NCBI RefSeq assembly: GCF_000142905.1
Contig: NW_013657667.1
Span: forward strand, 497,052-561,051
DNA: 64,000 bases
Direction of reading: 5' to 3'
From: Thecamonas trahens ATCC 50062
Lineage: Eukaryota > Protista > Apusomonadida
The translations under genes and the position numbers were made by a program. The notes beneath the pieces were generated by a model. That model was given only the letters and a program-made list of their open reading frames with translations, did not search any database and was not told the DNA's origin. The stretch's first letter is position 1. Each line of letters begins with the position of its first letter. Of the stretch, positions 20,008 to 31,142 are shown one piece after another.

Positions 20008-23000
20008 AGTCGAGTCGGATGAGCAGGTCCAGTAGGTGCGGATACGAGCTCCCGCCACTGGTCCCACCGGTGATGCGTGCCACCACTCCGAGGAGGAACT
20101 TGATCCATGAGTCAAAGTCCGACTCCATGGCCTGCATTCGCGCCTCGGACGCGCTCTCGTCGCGGACCCGGAAGCTCTCGACCGCCGCCACGTAGACGTC
20201 AAACTCATGCCGGAAGGCGAGCGCGAGCTTGAGCACCTTCTCGATGCCCTCGCGGACAACCCGCGCCTTGGGCCCAAGCAGTGCACGATCCACCACTGCC
20301 GAGAGATACCCAGCGTGCGCCGCCCGCGCCGCGTCGAGCGTCGCTGCCGTCTTCAGCTCGTTCATGAGCGTGCCCCACGCAGACTCGACCACGCGCGTCA
20401 TCATGTACTGCTCGAGATTGACGACAAAGTGGTACAGCCGCGCCCGGAAGACCTGCAGCGCATGCGTACGCGTCCCGATCCCGCTCTCGCTACGTCGCAC
20501 CCGCGACTCGACCACCATCCGCGCCAGCGCGCTCTTGGCACCGCGAATCCGGAGCAGGAACCGCAGCACCTCGTTGTACGCATCCACATGCTCGCTCCGC
20601 ACAACCGCTGCCGCGGGCCATGCCACCTGTGCCTCGATCCGCAATCGGTCAACCACGTCGCCGCCTTCGCCGTCGAGCTGCACGCTCAGCGCCTCGCTCC
20701 CCACCGCAGCCGCAAGCTGCAGGTTGAGCTCGAGCTGCACTCCCCACCCGCTCCGCACGCCGCTCCCATCGTCGAGCGCCTCAAAGACCGAGCCCACAAA
20801 CGGGTACATCGTGTCGCCGCCAGCCAAAAAGTGACCTCGCGGAGGAGACCGACGGTTGCCACAATGCCATTGCTTCCCTCCAGCGCCCGCCGCATCACGA
20901 GGGTGCAGGTGAGGAGCTGCGACTCGCGCAGCGGCGCAAGTACCAACCGCTCCACCTCGCGCCGCACATCGTAGTCGCCCTCGATGACTTCAGCATTAGC
21001 TTTGTCCACGCACTGCTCTTCCAGCCTCAGTGGCTGTGGCACGAGGACAGGCAGCGCGACATGTGCCGAGCTCCCGACCGACGGCACAAAGTGCTCCGGG
21101 TGCGCAACGAGAGCCTCAGAAGCAGCTCTGTCTGCCTTTGACCGGGCGGCAACCCTTGTCGGCCATCCTTGCTCCGAACCAATCACACCTGCACTCTTGC
21201 TCTGCAGCACAATGCCGAGCGTCGGTGCGATCTCCTGCGCCCTGCCGAGATCGCGGATGACGTCGACAACCGGAGTGAGGAACGAAGGCACGGCGTCCGG
21301 TGAGCGAGGACGGAGCAAGTCGTCCCACTCGGCGAGCGCTTCCGAGACCGGAACATCACCAGCAACCCGCGACGCCGCACCCTCGACTGGTGCCACAAGC
21401 ATGAACTCGCCCCACGGATCCGGTGCGCCATTGAGCCAACCCATGTACGGCCGGAGCGCAGCCCAAAACGCACTCGCGAGCGTCTCGGACTCGGGCCCGT
21501 TTCGAAGCCGCGCTTGCTGGTACAGACCCGAGAGAAGGCTCGCCGCCACATAAGCCTTGGGTGCCGATCCATCGACTGCCGATGCGTCGAGGACAAAGAC
21601 GAGCGGCGCGTCAGGCGTCGACGAGACCAGGCTTGTCCAGCCTTGTGGCAGCACTGTCATCGCCAGCCCGGCAAGCGTCTCCGCCGACCGGAGACTCGGC
21701 TGGAGCGCAACGTAAGCGTCGAGAAGCGTGACTGCGTCGGCGTCGCCGTGTGCACTCTCTCGTCGCCGCGCAGCCTGTGAGAGCTCTGCAACCAGCGGCG
21801 CAAGCCTCGTGTTCAGCCACTGGCCGCAGTAGTGGGCAAAGGCCTGAAAGACGGCGCCAAAGAGCGAGCCCGGCGGCGGTGACGCCAGTGACGCAACCAG
21901 ACGCAGCAGCGCCACGCCGCTGCCGGCATCCGCAAAGTCGTAAAGTGCAGACCGCAGCGCGCCGCGAGTCACCTCGGGCACACACGCGTCCGGCACGACC
22001 TCGAAACGCGGGCTCCCGCCTTTGCCGACAGGAACTGCTGCGAAAATCGGCGTCGCGTGGCCCTGCAGCATCCACAGTACTTCGCGCACAACGTCGGTCT
22101 GATTCATCCGCGACGCTGGTGTCGCACCTGACTCAAACCCGCCCCGCTCGGCGCAGTACGCCGCATACCGCGCGGCAAGAGAATCGTGTGGCAACGCGTC
22201 CAGCACTCGGTCGCCCCGCCAGTACTGCCCATCCTCAGCCTCGCGGCGGGTGGCCTCGCTATGCGGCCCGCTCACAAACGCCAGTGCTGTGAGCTCCCGT
22301 GGCAGTGCCCGCGCCGCTCCCGCCACTCTCTGTCGCTCTAAGCTACTGAACACAGCCGAGGCTGTCGCCGTCTCGCGGCGCGGCTCGATACCTGGCCCGT
22401 CAACGCCAACCACAACGTGGAGGCTTGGTCCCGGACCGCCAACGCCGTTGCCATCGCCGCCAGCATCTTCGTCGAGCTCGTCATCCGACCACTCGGAGAG
22501 GTCGTCGTCCGAGATGGCCAGGGCGCTCCCGGGGCGAGGCAGCAGCGCCAGCGCGCACGTATCCAGCGGCTCGTCGTCCGAGTCGACAAGGCCATACGAG
22601 ACGTACGTCGGGTCGACCGGGAGCTGCGACGGGTCGACATCAACGCCGCGCTCCGGATCAAAGGCGTCTGCTCTCAGTGGACGTTGCGACGGGACAGCCG
22701 GCGCGTTTGACGGCGAGTCTGAGAGGGCGAGGAGGGTGGCGACAACGGCCCAGTGCAGCTCGGGCGTGGACGAGGCGTCGAGGGGGAGGTCCAGATAGGC
22801 GGCAAAGGCAGTATCAAGCCGATATGCCCGTGATCGAAGCGAGTGAATGCGAAGCTTTTCCAGAACCCGCCGCATAGTCCGGCGCAGAGCAGGCGGTGAT
22901 GGCGTGCCGAACCGATGGTCGTCGACCCCGTTGAGCGCAAAGTCCAGCGCTAAGCTGTGGTTCGTCGAGCCGACCGCCGCCGTCGGCAGCAGCGAGCCCA

Positions 23001-23064
23001 CCAGCGCGCTCAGTAGCGTCCGCACCTCTTGTCGCCGCGCAAGCGCAAAGTCTGATGCAGACAT
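19979..23064 (-). CDS. TUBGCP5: Gamma-tubulin complex component, GCP5-like (frameshift near 20832)
   Basis: N-terminal LEKLRIHS..LLALS, VVREVLWMLQG, and the GRIP2 region WPAAAVV..YNEVLRFLLRI..HFVVNLEQYMM..LLIRLDFN. Confidence 0.8.
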
Positions 23065-23242
23065 GGCGTCTCAGCTGCCTGCTGCTTGCAGAGAGGTGTG
23101 GTGTTGACCTCTGGCAGGCGTGACCATGACCACGACGCTCGTTTTGGCGCGCCCGCGGTTTGTCCGTCAACTCGACGAGTCGTCGCCGGGCGCTCGGTCA
23201 CTCGGCGAAAACTTTATCGTAGGCCATGCATCAATCTGGTTG

Positions 23243-23284
23243 GTCCGCTGACGGCGTGCCAACGTCCGCTGACGGCGTGCCAAC
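23243..23284. repeat. Perfect 21-bp direct repeat in a divergent promoter
   Basis: gtccgctgacggcgtgccaac twice, between the GCP5 ATG (23064) and the peroxidase ATG (23316). Confidence 0.85.
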
Positions 23285-23315
23285 ACCTGACTGGATTTGA
23301 TTGGCGGAGAATTCA

Positions 23316-24557
23316 ATGTTCCGCTTTGCGACGACTAGTGTGCGCATGGGCGCGCAGCGGCTTTGTACGATCTTCCCCATGGACTCCAACCAACTACCAA
23401 GAGTGTTCCTCCTCTCACCATACTCACTGTCTTCTTTCCACTCTTCTTCCCTCTGTACAGCCGCTGTGGCACGCGCTGGAATGCCGGCCCGACGGGCGTT
23501 TTCTTCTGCGACTTCGGGCTCTGCCGGCGGTGCGGCAACGGGAGCAGCGATGAGCGGAGCGTGGCGGTGGGCTGCTGGGCTCGGAGCTGCGGCTGCGTTC
23601 GGTTATGTGTCGATGGGCTCTGTGCATGCCGGTGGCGTTGACTACGAGGCGGTGCGCAAGGCCATCGCCGATACACTCGAGGACGAGAGCTACGACGACG
23701 GGTCGCTCGGCCCGGTCCTCGTCCGGCTCGCCTGGCACGCCTCGGGCACGTACTCCAAGAAGGACGGGACGGGTGGATCGAATGGTGCCAAGATGCGTTT
23801 CTTCCCGGAAGCCTTCCACGGCGCCAACAACGGGCTCTCGGTCGCGCGCAACCACCTTGCGCGCATCAAGAAGCAGTTCCCGGAGATCTCCAACGCCGAC
23901 CTCTGGACCCTCGCCGCGTGCGTGGCCATCGAGGAGATGGGCGGCCCCGAGATCGCGTGGCGGCCCGGCCGGACCGACGACAACGACGGCAAGCTCTGCA
24001 CGCCCGACGACCGCCTGCCCGACGCCGCCCAGGGCGCCGACCATGTTCGCGCTGTTTTCGGTCGCATGGGCTTCTCGGACCGCGAGATGGTCGCCCTCAT
24101 CGGCGCCCACTGCCTCGGCCGCTGCCACGAGAACCGTTCCGGATACAAGGGTCCGTGGACCCGCGCTCCGACCACCTTTTCCAACATGTACTTTACCGAG
24201 CTCGTCGGCAACCGCTGGACTCGCAAGAACTGGGACGGCCCGCTCCAGTACGAGGACCCGACAGGAGAGCTGATGATGCTGCCTGCAGACATGGCGCTCC
24301 TCCACGACCCGGCCTTTGCCGTCGTCGTCAAGGAGTACGCCGCCGACGAGGAGCTCTTCTTCCGTGACTTTGCTGCCGCCTTTGCCAAGCTTCTCGAGCT
24401 CGGCTGCGACTTTGACGGCCCATCGACGACGACCAAGGCTGTCACCGCCGCCGGCGTCGTCACCGCCATCGTTGGTGCCATCATCGGTTACAACTACATG
24501 TCGTCCTCTCGCGCCGACTCCTCCGCCACTTCAGCCCCTTTGTCCTCGCAACCGTAG
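23316..24557 (+). CDS. CCP1: Class I heme peroxidase, cytochrome c peroxidase type (probable in-frame intron ~23338-23460)
   Basis: [47 protein letters not shown]; mitochondrial-type presequence. Confidence 0.9.
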   Translation: MFRFATTSVRMGAQRLCTIFPMDSNQLPRVFLLSPYSLSSFHSSSLCTAAVARAGMPARRAFSSATSGSAGGAATGAAMSGAWRWAAGLGAAAAFGYVSMGSVHAGGVDYEAVRKAIADTLEDESYDDGSLGPVLVRLAWHASGTYSKKDGTGGSNGAKMRFFPEAFHGANNGLSVARNHLARIKKQFPEISNADLWTLAACVAIEEMGGPEIAWRPGRTDDNDGKLCTPDDRLPDAAQGADHVRAVFGRMGFSDREMVALIGAHCLGRCHENRSGYKGPWTRAPTTFSNMYFTELVGNRWTRKNWDGPLQYEDPTGELMMLPADMALLHDPAFAVVVKEYAADEELFFRDFAAAFAKLLELGCDFDGPSTTTKAVTAAGVVTAIVGAIIGYNYMSSSRADSSATSAPLSSQP

Positions 24558-24727
24558 CCGCACTCCCTCGGTGTGGCTTTCGTTTTTCCACAACGTAAAG
24601 ATGGTTGTTGCACACACAAGGGCGACCCGCGCATGCCAATGCCCAGAGTCGACCGAAACACGTCACAATTCTCCCTCTCTCCCTCTCTCCCTCTCTCGCC
24701 CTTTACTTGCCCTTTACTTGCTACAGT

Positions 24728-25363
24728 ATGGCTCGTCTCCCCCAGCTGATGATTGCGCTTGCCCTCGTTGCACTTGTTGCCGTCAGCGGCTGCTCGGCGG
24801 CTTATGCGCCCTCTGCTGAATGGCCGCCTGTTTGGTCGGCTTCGTTCAACGACTCCCTGGGCTACGCATCTACACCTGGCATGTATGCGTACGATGCGAC
24901 ACTGACTGCTTCTCGCGTTGACTACCTCGATCCGCATGTGGACTACCTTTGCAAGACGTCTGGCCTGATGTTTGGTGTGGAGATGTGCTCGCAGGTCGCT
25001 GTCGATGACATGCTGTTTGTTATGGCGCCCGGATCGGCTTCGTGCTGCCAATGCTGTTCCTACGATCAGGGCTGTGGGCCACTCGAGCGCGATTGGGCCG
25101 CCAAGGGCACGTACCAGGGCGTGGTCAACATCAACGGTGTGCCCTCCGACAAGTGGCTTGTCATGGGCGGTGAGGCCAACTACTACTACCAGACGGTCGA
25201 TCGCCACATCCCCATCCTCGTGAACAACTCGGGCAACCAGCTGTTCTACTACGACACCACGTCGTTCTCCACGATGGCCAACCCGAACTTCTTTGACATC
25301 CCGTCGTACTGCCGGTCGTCGGCCATGTGCGATGGGTTCTGTGCTAAGATCCGCTCCATGTGA
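24728..25363 (+). CDS. Secreted cysteine-rich protein, possibly ependymin-related
   Basis: Signal peptide MARLPQLMIALALVAL; SCCQCC...GCGPLERDW, DKW..G...YY and FDIPSYC. Confidence 0.6.
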   Translation: MARLPQLMIALALVALVAVSGCSAAYAPSAEWPPVWSASFNDSLGYASTPGMYAYDATLTASRVDYLDPHVDYLCKTSGLMFGVEMCSQVAVDDMLFVMAPGSASCCQCCSYDQGCGPLERDWAAKGTYQGVVNINGVPSDKWLVMGGEANYYYQTVDRHIPILVNNSGNQLFYYDTTSFSTMANPNFFDIPSYCRSSAMCDGFCAKIRSM

Positions 25364-25425
25364 GCTGTTGTTGCTCGAACGTAAACCCCCACCCCCTCCC
25401 TCCCCGCTCAGCCATGCTACGCTCG

Positions 25426-27189
25426 CTACCGCTCCAGCGAGGTCAGCAGAGAGGTCACACCATCGACCGACCGCGCGTCTGCGGCCTGCAGCGCAGACTC
25501 AAAGACGTCGCGGACCTGGGTGCGAAAGGCGACGACAGCAGCATCGAGCGCGTCGACAAACCGCGACTGGACACGGATGAGCTTGGTATGAAAGTGGCGG
25601 TCGTCGCGCTTGAGCTGCATCGAGCCCTCCTGGAAGCTCACGACGTGGCTGGAAAGCTCCTCCTGCAGAAGATCAGCCTTGTCCAGCAGCGCCGCACCGA
25701 GCCAGGTGACGCCTCGAAGAAAGGCAGCATCCGACGTCGCCGGCGCGGTGTTATCGGTCTCGGCCTGCGCATGTCGCAGCGCCCGCGCCAGCTCGCGGTT
25801 GCGAGCCTCAAGCTGGGCCACCTTGTCGCGCAGCGCCTGTGCGGTGTTCATCGACGACGCAAGGAGCGCAACCGATGCGTCGTCCTTGGACTTGCGCGGC
25901 CGTTTGGCCTCTGCCAGTTGTGTGCGCAGCTCCTTAATCGTCCGCCGCAACGCTCCCATCTTCTCGTCGACAAGCACGTCGTCGTACGGCCGCATGTTGG
26001 CGAGCTTCTCTTTGAGCGACGCAATCTGTGCGGACGCTTTGGACTGGACTCGTTGGACTCGGGCGTCCTCGCGCTTGGTCCAAACCCGATTCAGCTCGGC
26101 GAGCCACTCGCGGAGCGTGGCCTCGTCCAAGCCGGGCAACGAGCCCCGCTGCAGTGCGAGCGCCCGGTGCCAGGCCTCCTCAGGCACCCACTGCGTCCGC
26201 TCAGTGTCAAACGCAGCCTGGACCGCCGCCTGTCGCCGCGAACCCTTTTGCGCCACGCTGCTGCTGCTACTTCGGCTTCGGCTTGCTGACTGCGCCCGGA
26301 ATCTGCGCGGTGGCGGTGTTTTGCCCACACCGTACGCCTGTGCCAGCCGCTGAGCGTCCGGCGGCATCCCATCGCCGACGTAGGTCACCCCGCCAGAGTC
26401 GTTGACGTAGTCTGCAAACCGCGCAAACTCAGTCGTCGATGTCAGCAGCGCCAGCAGCCGCTCGTTGTCTGACCGCAGCTGCCGTCCCACATCCTCCAGC
26501 AGCGCCGCCTCTGCGTCGTTGTCCACGCTCCCGCGCAGCAATGTCTGCGCCTTGGACAGCTGCAGAGAGAGGTCATGCTGCGCTGCCGTCTCCTGGTCCA
26601 CCCGTGCCGCCAAATCATCCATTGTCGCCCTCTGCAACTCTAACTCGTTGTCCCGCACACTCAGTGCCTCTTGCAGAGCCTGGATCTCGTTCTTGAGCGA
26701 CTCGATGGTAGCATCCTGCTGGCCAAGTACCCGATCCTGGGCCCGCAGCTCCGACTCGAGCTCCCGTACTGTCCTCCTGCTCTGCTTCAGCCTCATCCGC
26801 GCCTGCGCCGGATCCAGACCATCGGCTTCGTCGTCGTCCTCATCATCAGCGTCATGCAACTCTCTGCCATCATCTGCACCCAGCATATCCATCGAGAGCG
26901 GAGCCGATCGCTCCGGCGAGGCGTAGGCCGCATACACGCCCGCGCCAGGCGATCTCAACGAAGCCCCTAGGCCAGCAGAGTGGCGATCGCGTGGAGTAGC
27001 GACATGCGCTGCACTCATGAGCGACTCACGATGTCCCGCGCGTGTCGATGCCCGCCGTCCACCACCACCCAGCCGGCTGCTACTCCCCAGCCGGCTGCCG
27101 CTCTGAGACATGCTCCGTGCGCCCGTCAGCATGGAGCCGGAGAGTGTGGCGTCCACCGCCGCTAGAAACGACCGCTCTGCAGACAGCAT
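25426..27189 (-). CDS. Coiled-coil protein of unknown function
   Basis: Long ORF with extended heptad segments and genome-typical codon usage. Confidence 0.7.
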   Translation of the reverse strand: MLSAERSFLAAVDATLSGSMLTGARSMSQSGSRLGSSSRLGGGGRRASTRAGHRESLMSAAHVATPRDRHSAGLGASLRSPGAGVYAAYASPERSAPLSMDMLGADDGRELHDADDEDDDEADGLDPAQARMRLKQSRRTVRELESELRAQDRVLGQQDATIESLKNEIQALQEALSVRDNELELQRATMDDLAARVDQETAAQHDLSLQLSKAQTLLRGSVDNDAEAALLEDVGRQLRSDNERLLALLTSTTEFARFADYVNDSGGVTYVGDGMPPDAQRLAQAYGVGKTPPPRRFRAQSASRSRSSSSSVAQKGSRRQAAVQAAFDTERTQWVPEEAWHRALALQRGSLPGLDEATLREWLAELNRVWTKREDARVQRVQSKASAQIASLKEKLANMRPYDDVLVDEKMGALRRTIKELRTQLAEAKRPRKSKDDASVALLASSMNTAQALRDKVAQLEARNRELARALRHAQAETDNTAPATSDAAFLRGVTWLGAALLDKADLLQEELSSHVVSFQEGSMQLKRDDRHFHTKLIRVQSRFVDALDAAVVAFRTQVRDVFESALQAADARSVDGVTSLLTSLER

Positions 27190-27404
27190 GCTTGACGTCT
27201 GGGTTGGTTTGCCCTTGGTAGCGCTGTCACGTGTGGGAGACGGGTGGGAGACGGATGGTGTGGGCAGAGGCGGCGGTGGCGGTCGTCCGTTGGCCGGCGG
27301 TGGCCGGCCAACGGACTGGCGGGCTGGTGGAGGCTGATGGCACAGAAGGTGATTGGCTGGTGTGTTGGCTGGCACCTTGGCCGCACTTGCTCAGTTTTGT
27401 GCAT

Positions 27405-29443
27405 TTACTCGGTGTCATCCATGTGCTGGACGTCGTCGTCGTCGTCGTCGTCGTCATCAGAGCCGAGACGAGCACCAACGACGACGCGGACAGTCCGCGG
27501 TTCGTCGCCGTGAAAGACGAGAGAAAGGTCGAGGTCTGCGGCGCGCTCGGAGAGGATCGGAATGTCAAAAAGCGCGTTGATCATGGACTTGGTGGCGTCG
27601 GAGAGCGGGCAGGCGGCAGCAATGCCGACGATGGTGGCGACGAGTGCGTCGACAAGCTCGGCCGAGAGCAGCGAGTCTGCCGACGATGCGACGGTGCTCG
27701 AGACGACGCGCGGGCGGTCGGCAGCGCGGGTTGATGCCGCAAGGTTGGAGAGCCCACGGGTAGCGAGCGAGTCCGAGGCCGAAAGCGTGGTGGCGGTGTA
27801 GTCGGCAAACGAGTTGATGCGCATGATGTCGGCGAGGGCAGAGGCAAAGTCGGGCGAGAATGGGGGCGAGACAATCTGGATGGCGACGAGGAGAAAGTGC
27901 CGGACGAGAGCCTTGTCGACACGCGACGAGACGCACCACTCGTGGATGAGAGCGAGGACTGGTTGGGCGTGGCCGACCGCAAGCAGAAACGCAATGCAGT
28001 CCATGAGCTGGTTGTGGAACGAGACGGCGTCGAGGTCGACAAGGGCAGCTGAGACAAAGAACAGCCGCTGGTAGGTGGCCAGCAGCCGCGGCGCGAGCGA
28101 CGGGTGGGCCGTCGCCATCGAGTTGAGTAGCGAGAGGTACGTCCGAGTATCGTGCCCGTTGGTGGAGAAAAACTCCGGCATGGTGAGCGCGGCCTCGACG
28201 TAGGCGATGAGCCCGGCACCGGCCATGGGGTGGACCGATGCCTTGGCGACCAGCTCCGGGTAGGCGGCGTCTAGCGCGGGGCCGAACGGCTTGGCCAGCA
28301 GCAGGTTCTGCAGCTCACGCAGCGCCCGCTGTACAGCCGGCACGGCTTCAGTTCCGAGGCTAGCGCTCCCGGCAGGCGCGTAGCCGGGGACCCGGTCGTC
28401 CTTGCCAGCGGCGATGAGCGCGAGGACGGCGAGGTAGCGGGTGCGGTGCTTGGGCGAGACCAGCTTTGACGGGACAAACAGGTCTGCAAGGAGAAGGTCA
28501 ACCAGCTGCGAGTCACGGATGAGCGAGAGCGGCGGCGGGTTCGAGCCGGTGTACACCTTGTGGATGCGGATGATGTCGCCTGGCGTGGTGGCCGGCGTCT
28601 CCGACTTGAACATCGAGAGCAGCGCCGATGCCAGTGACGGGTACAGCAGCACGCCCGAGAGCAAGGCAGTGAGCTTGCGGAACATGGCCTGGCGCTCGGG
28701 CGACATGGCCAGCAGCATTTCCTGGTCGAGACGTGCAAAGAGCATCGCGGCTGCCGGATTGGGCGGGCTCGCGGTCCGCGCGGTTCCGGCGAGCGCGCCG
28801 AGCAGAGTCGAGACAAACAAAACGTGTTCTCCGACTGAGTAGCGAGAGTGATGAACTCATCAAAGGCCGGAGCAATGAGCGGATCGGGCGCGGCGAGGAG
28901 AGCGGTGATGTGTGTGGAGAGGATCTGCGAGAAGACGCCAAAGTTGTGCGCAGCCGACTTTTTGAGCGACTTGAGCTCGCGCGAGCACTCTGGAGCGTCC
29001 GAGATGTTGCGGATGGCAAAGTTGACGAGCAAACACTCTGCATACGAGTCCGAGAGCTTGTAGAAGAGATCCCTCCACACCGGCTGGCCGATCATGAACA
29101 TGACCCACTCTGGGGTGGACGAGCCCGACGCAAAGAGATTCCTGGTGAGCTTTGCATCGTAGTGGGCGAGGACCGAGTCCTTGACATGATTGACCACAAG
29201 TCCCTCTCGCTCTTCCTTGTCCATGCCCACCAGTCCCATCCAGTCGAGCAGTACGTTGCACACCTCGGCATGGCCTTGGTACGACGCCGCCAGCGTCTCC
29301 ACCGCCGTCTGCGGTGCGCCCTTGCAGCCAATGTACGCCCGGAGTCTCGAGAGAATGTCCGCTTCCATAATGGCGTCGGGCTCCTGGAGCGTCACCAGCA
29401 GCTCCTGTGCCTTTTCTACCATGGCTGGGTCGGGTGCGGACAT
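27405..29443 (-). CDS. NELFCD: Negative elongation factor C/D (TH1-like) (frameshift near 28820)
   Basis: DAIMEA..YIGCKGAP..LAASYQG, TPEW..MI..WRDLFYKL, CLLVNFAI, PGDI..YT..PPP..IR, SPPFSPDF. Confidence 0.88.
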
Positions 29444-29454
29444 GGTTGGGGGTG

Positions 29455-29520
29455 GGGTGGTGGGCTGGTGGTGGGCTGGTGGGCTGGTGGGCTGGTGGGC
29501 TGGTGGGCTGGTGGGCTGGC
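29455..29520. repeat. (gggctggtg)n-like minisatellite upstream of NELFCD
   Basis: Visible directly; a poly-G tract follows. Confidence 0.7.
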
Positions 29521-29690
29521 CGTCGGCGGGTCGGTGGGTTGGCAGGAGGGGGGGGGGGGGGGGGGGGGGGTTGGCATGGACTTCTCAAACTACGGTACGG
29601 TGTTACGGCAAGACTCACTTACGGCTTCTGCCGCCAGATCCGTCAGCATCTGCGTCCATCGGCCTCTTTCTACGCAAAAAAGATTTGCAC

Positions 29691-30894
29691 TTACTCGCGC
29701 TTGGTGCGCGAAGAGCCGATGGCGTCAGCATGGCGCTTGACGCGGGCAAAGAGAGTGATCGAGTCGTCCATGATAAAGCGCCAGATGACGTGGGTGTACG
29801 AGTTGTGGCTTGGGAGGTCCTCGTAGAACTCGGGGCGATGGCGCGGACCTGGTCGAGGCGCGAGCCCGGGATGGAGGGAAAGTCGTGGTGAGCGTTGTGG
29901 AGACCGACGTTAAGGATGGCCCAGCGCATGGGACCGGTGTACGAGTAGGTCTCGGTCTCGCCGTCGTCGGCAAAGACAAAGTGCTCGGCCAGAAAGTGGC
30001 CGGCGACCGGATGGAGGCCCATGCCAAAGACGTCCGAAAGGGCAAGGTAGAGGAGGGCTGCCGGACCGAAGAAGTAGCACATGGCCGTGCCGTAGGCCAC
30101 GCACGCCACAGTGTTGCACAGCTCGAGGAAGATGGGCGGGAGCGGCTTGACCACGAGCGGGCGGAAGGCGTAGAAGAAGCCCTGGAGCGAGACCCAGATG
30201 GCCTTGCCGAGCTTGCCGCGGAAGATCCGTGCCTCCAGTGCGGTGGGGATGTCGACATCCACCATGTCCACGCCCTGCTGCTTGTGGTGGATGAGGTGGT
30301 AGCGCTTAAAGGTGGCCGACGCCGGGAGGAGCATGGGCAGGTTGACGAGGATGCCAAACGCGTTGTTGATCGCCCTGTTCTTGAACAGCAGCGCATGCGA
30401 GAGCTCGTGGATGGCAAGGAGCATCGACTGCGAGGCAACGGCACCAAAGGCATACGCCACAACCACAATGCGGAGGTACGAATGGCCAGCGAGCCAAGCC
30501 GCGAGAGCCGTCTGAGTCAGCCAGAGGAAGGCCACCATCCACTTGGTCCGAGGATCATATCCCATCAGTTGCTTGATCTCCGGGTACTTGGCAAGAATGG
30601 CACGACGCCGAGACGCATGCGGCTCATCCTGTACTCGTTGCTTTGGGTGAGTCTTGCCACACAGAGGGGGCGGACAGGGGGTGGAACCTTCCCCTGCCTG
30701 CGTGGATGACGAGCAGCGAGAGCAACATTTGGTCACCCCCCCCCCCCCCCCCCGCATGTGCTGAAGAGGGAGGGGGGAGGGGGGGGACAGTGAGGGGGGA
30801 GAGGGAGGGGAGGACATACCTTGGAGCTCCAGATAAAGTCGTTGACAATGGCAGATGCCGGTGTGTCGGCGGTGTGCTCCTCGTGGGCAACCAT
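29691..30894 (-). CDS. DEGS1: Sphingolipid delta(4)-desaturase; exon 1 30894-30820, exon 2 from 30628 (frameshift near 29833)
   Basis: DFIWS|DEPHASRRRAIL..YPEIK; His boxes HELSH, HLIHH and HNAHHDFP; IAPEFY is restored after the frameshift. Confidence 0.92.
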
Positions 30895-31142
30895 GGCTGG
30901 TGGCTGGAGAGAGAGGGGTGAGAAGAACTGTGGTTCGGTCGAGTGGCGGGAACGATGGTTACGTTTGGCATCAACGATTATTAACGGTGGTTGGCAACAA
31001 TTATGAACAGTGGTCGGCAGCGGAGCTGGCCGCGTTGGCGCAATACACGTGGCAGGTTGAGACGCGGTTGGGGAAAAAAGCATGTATGGGTAGGGTAAGG
31101 TTAGGGTTACAGTGGGGGGGGGGGAGGGGGGGGGATGGGGAT

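Noticed and set aside
1860-30894. LCB1 and DES1 as a sphingolipid gene cluster
   Set aside because: They are 26 kb apart with many unrelated genes between them.
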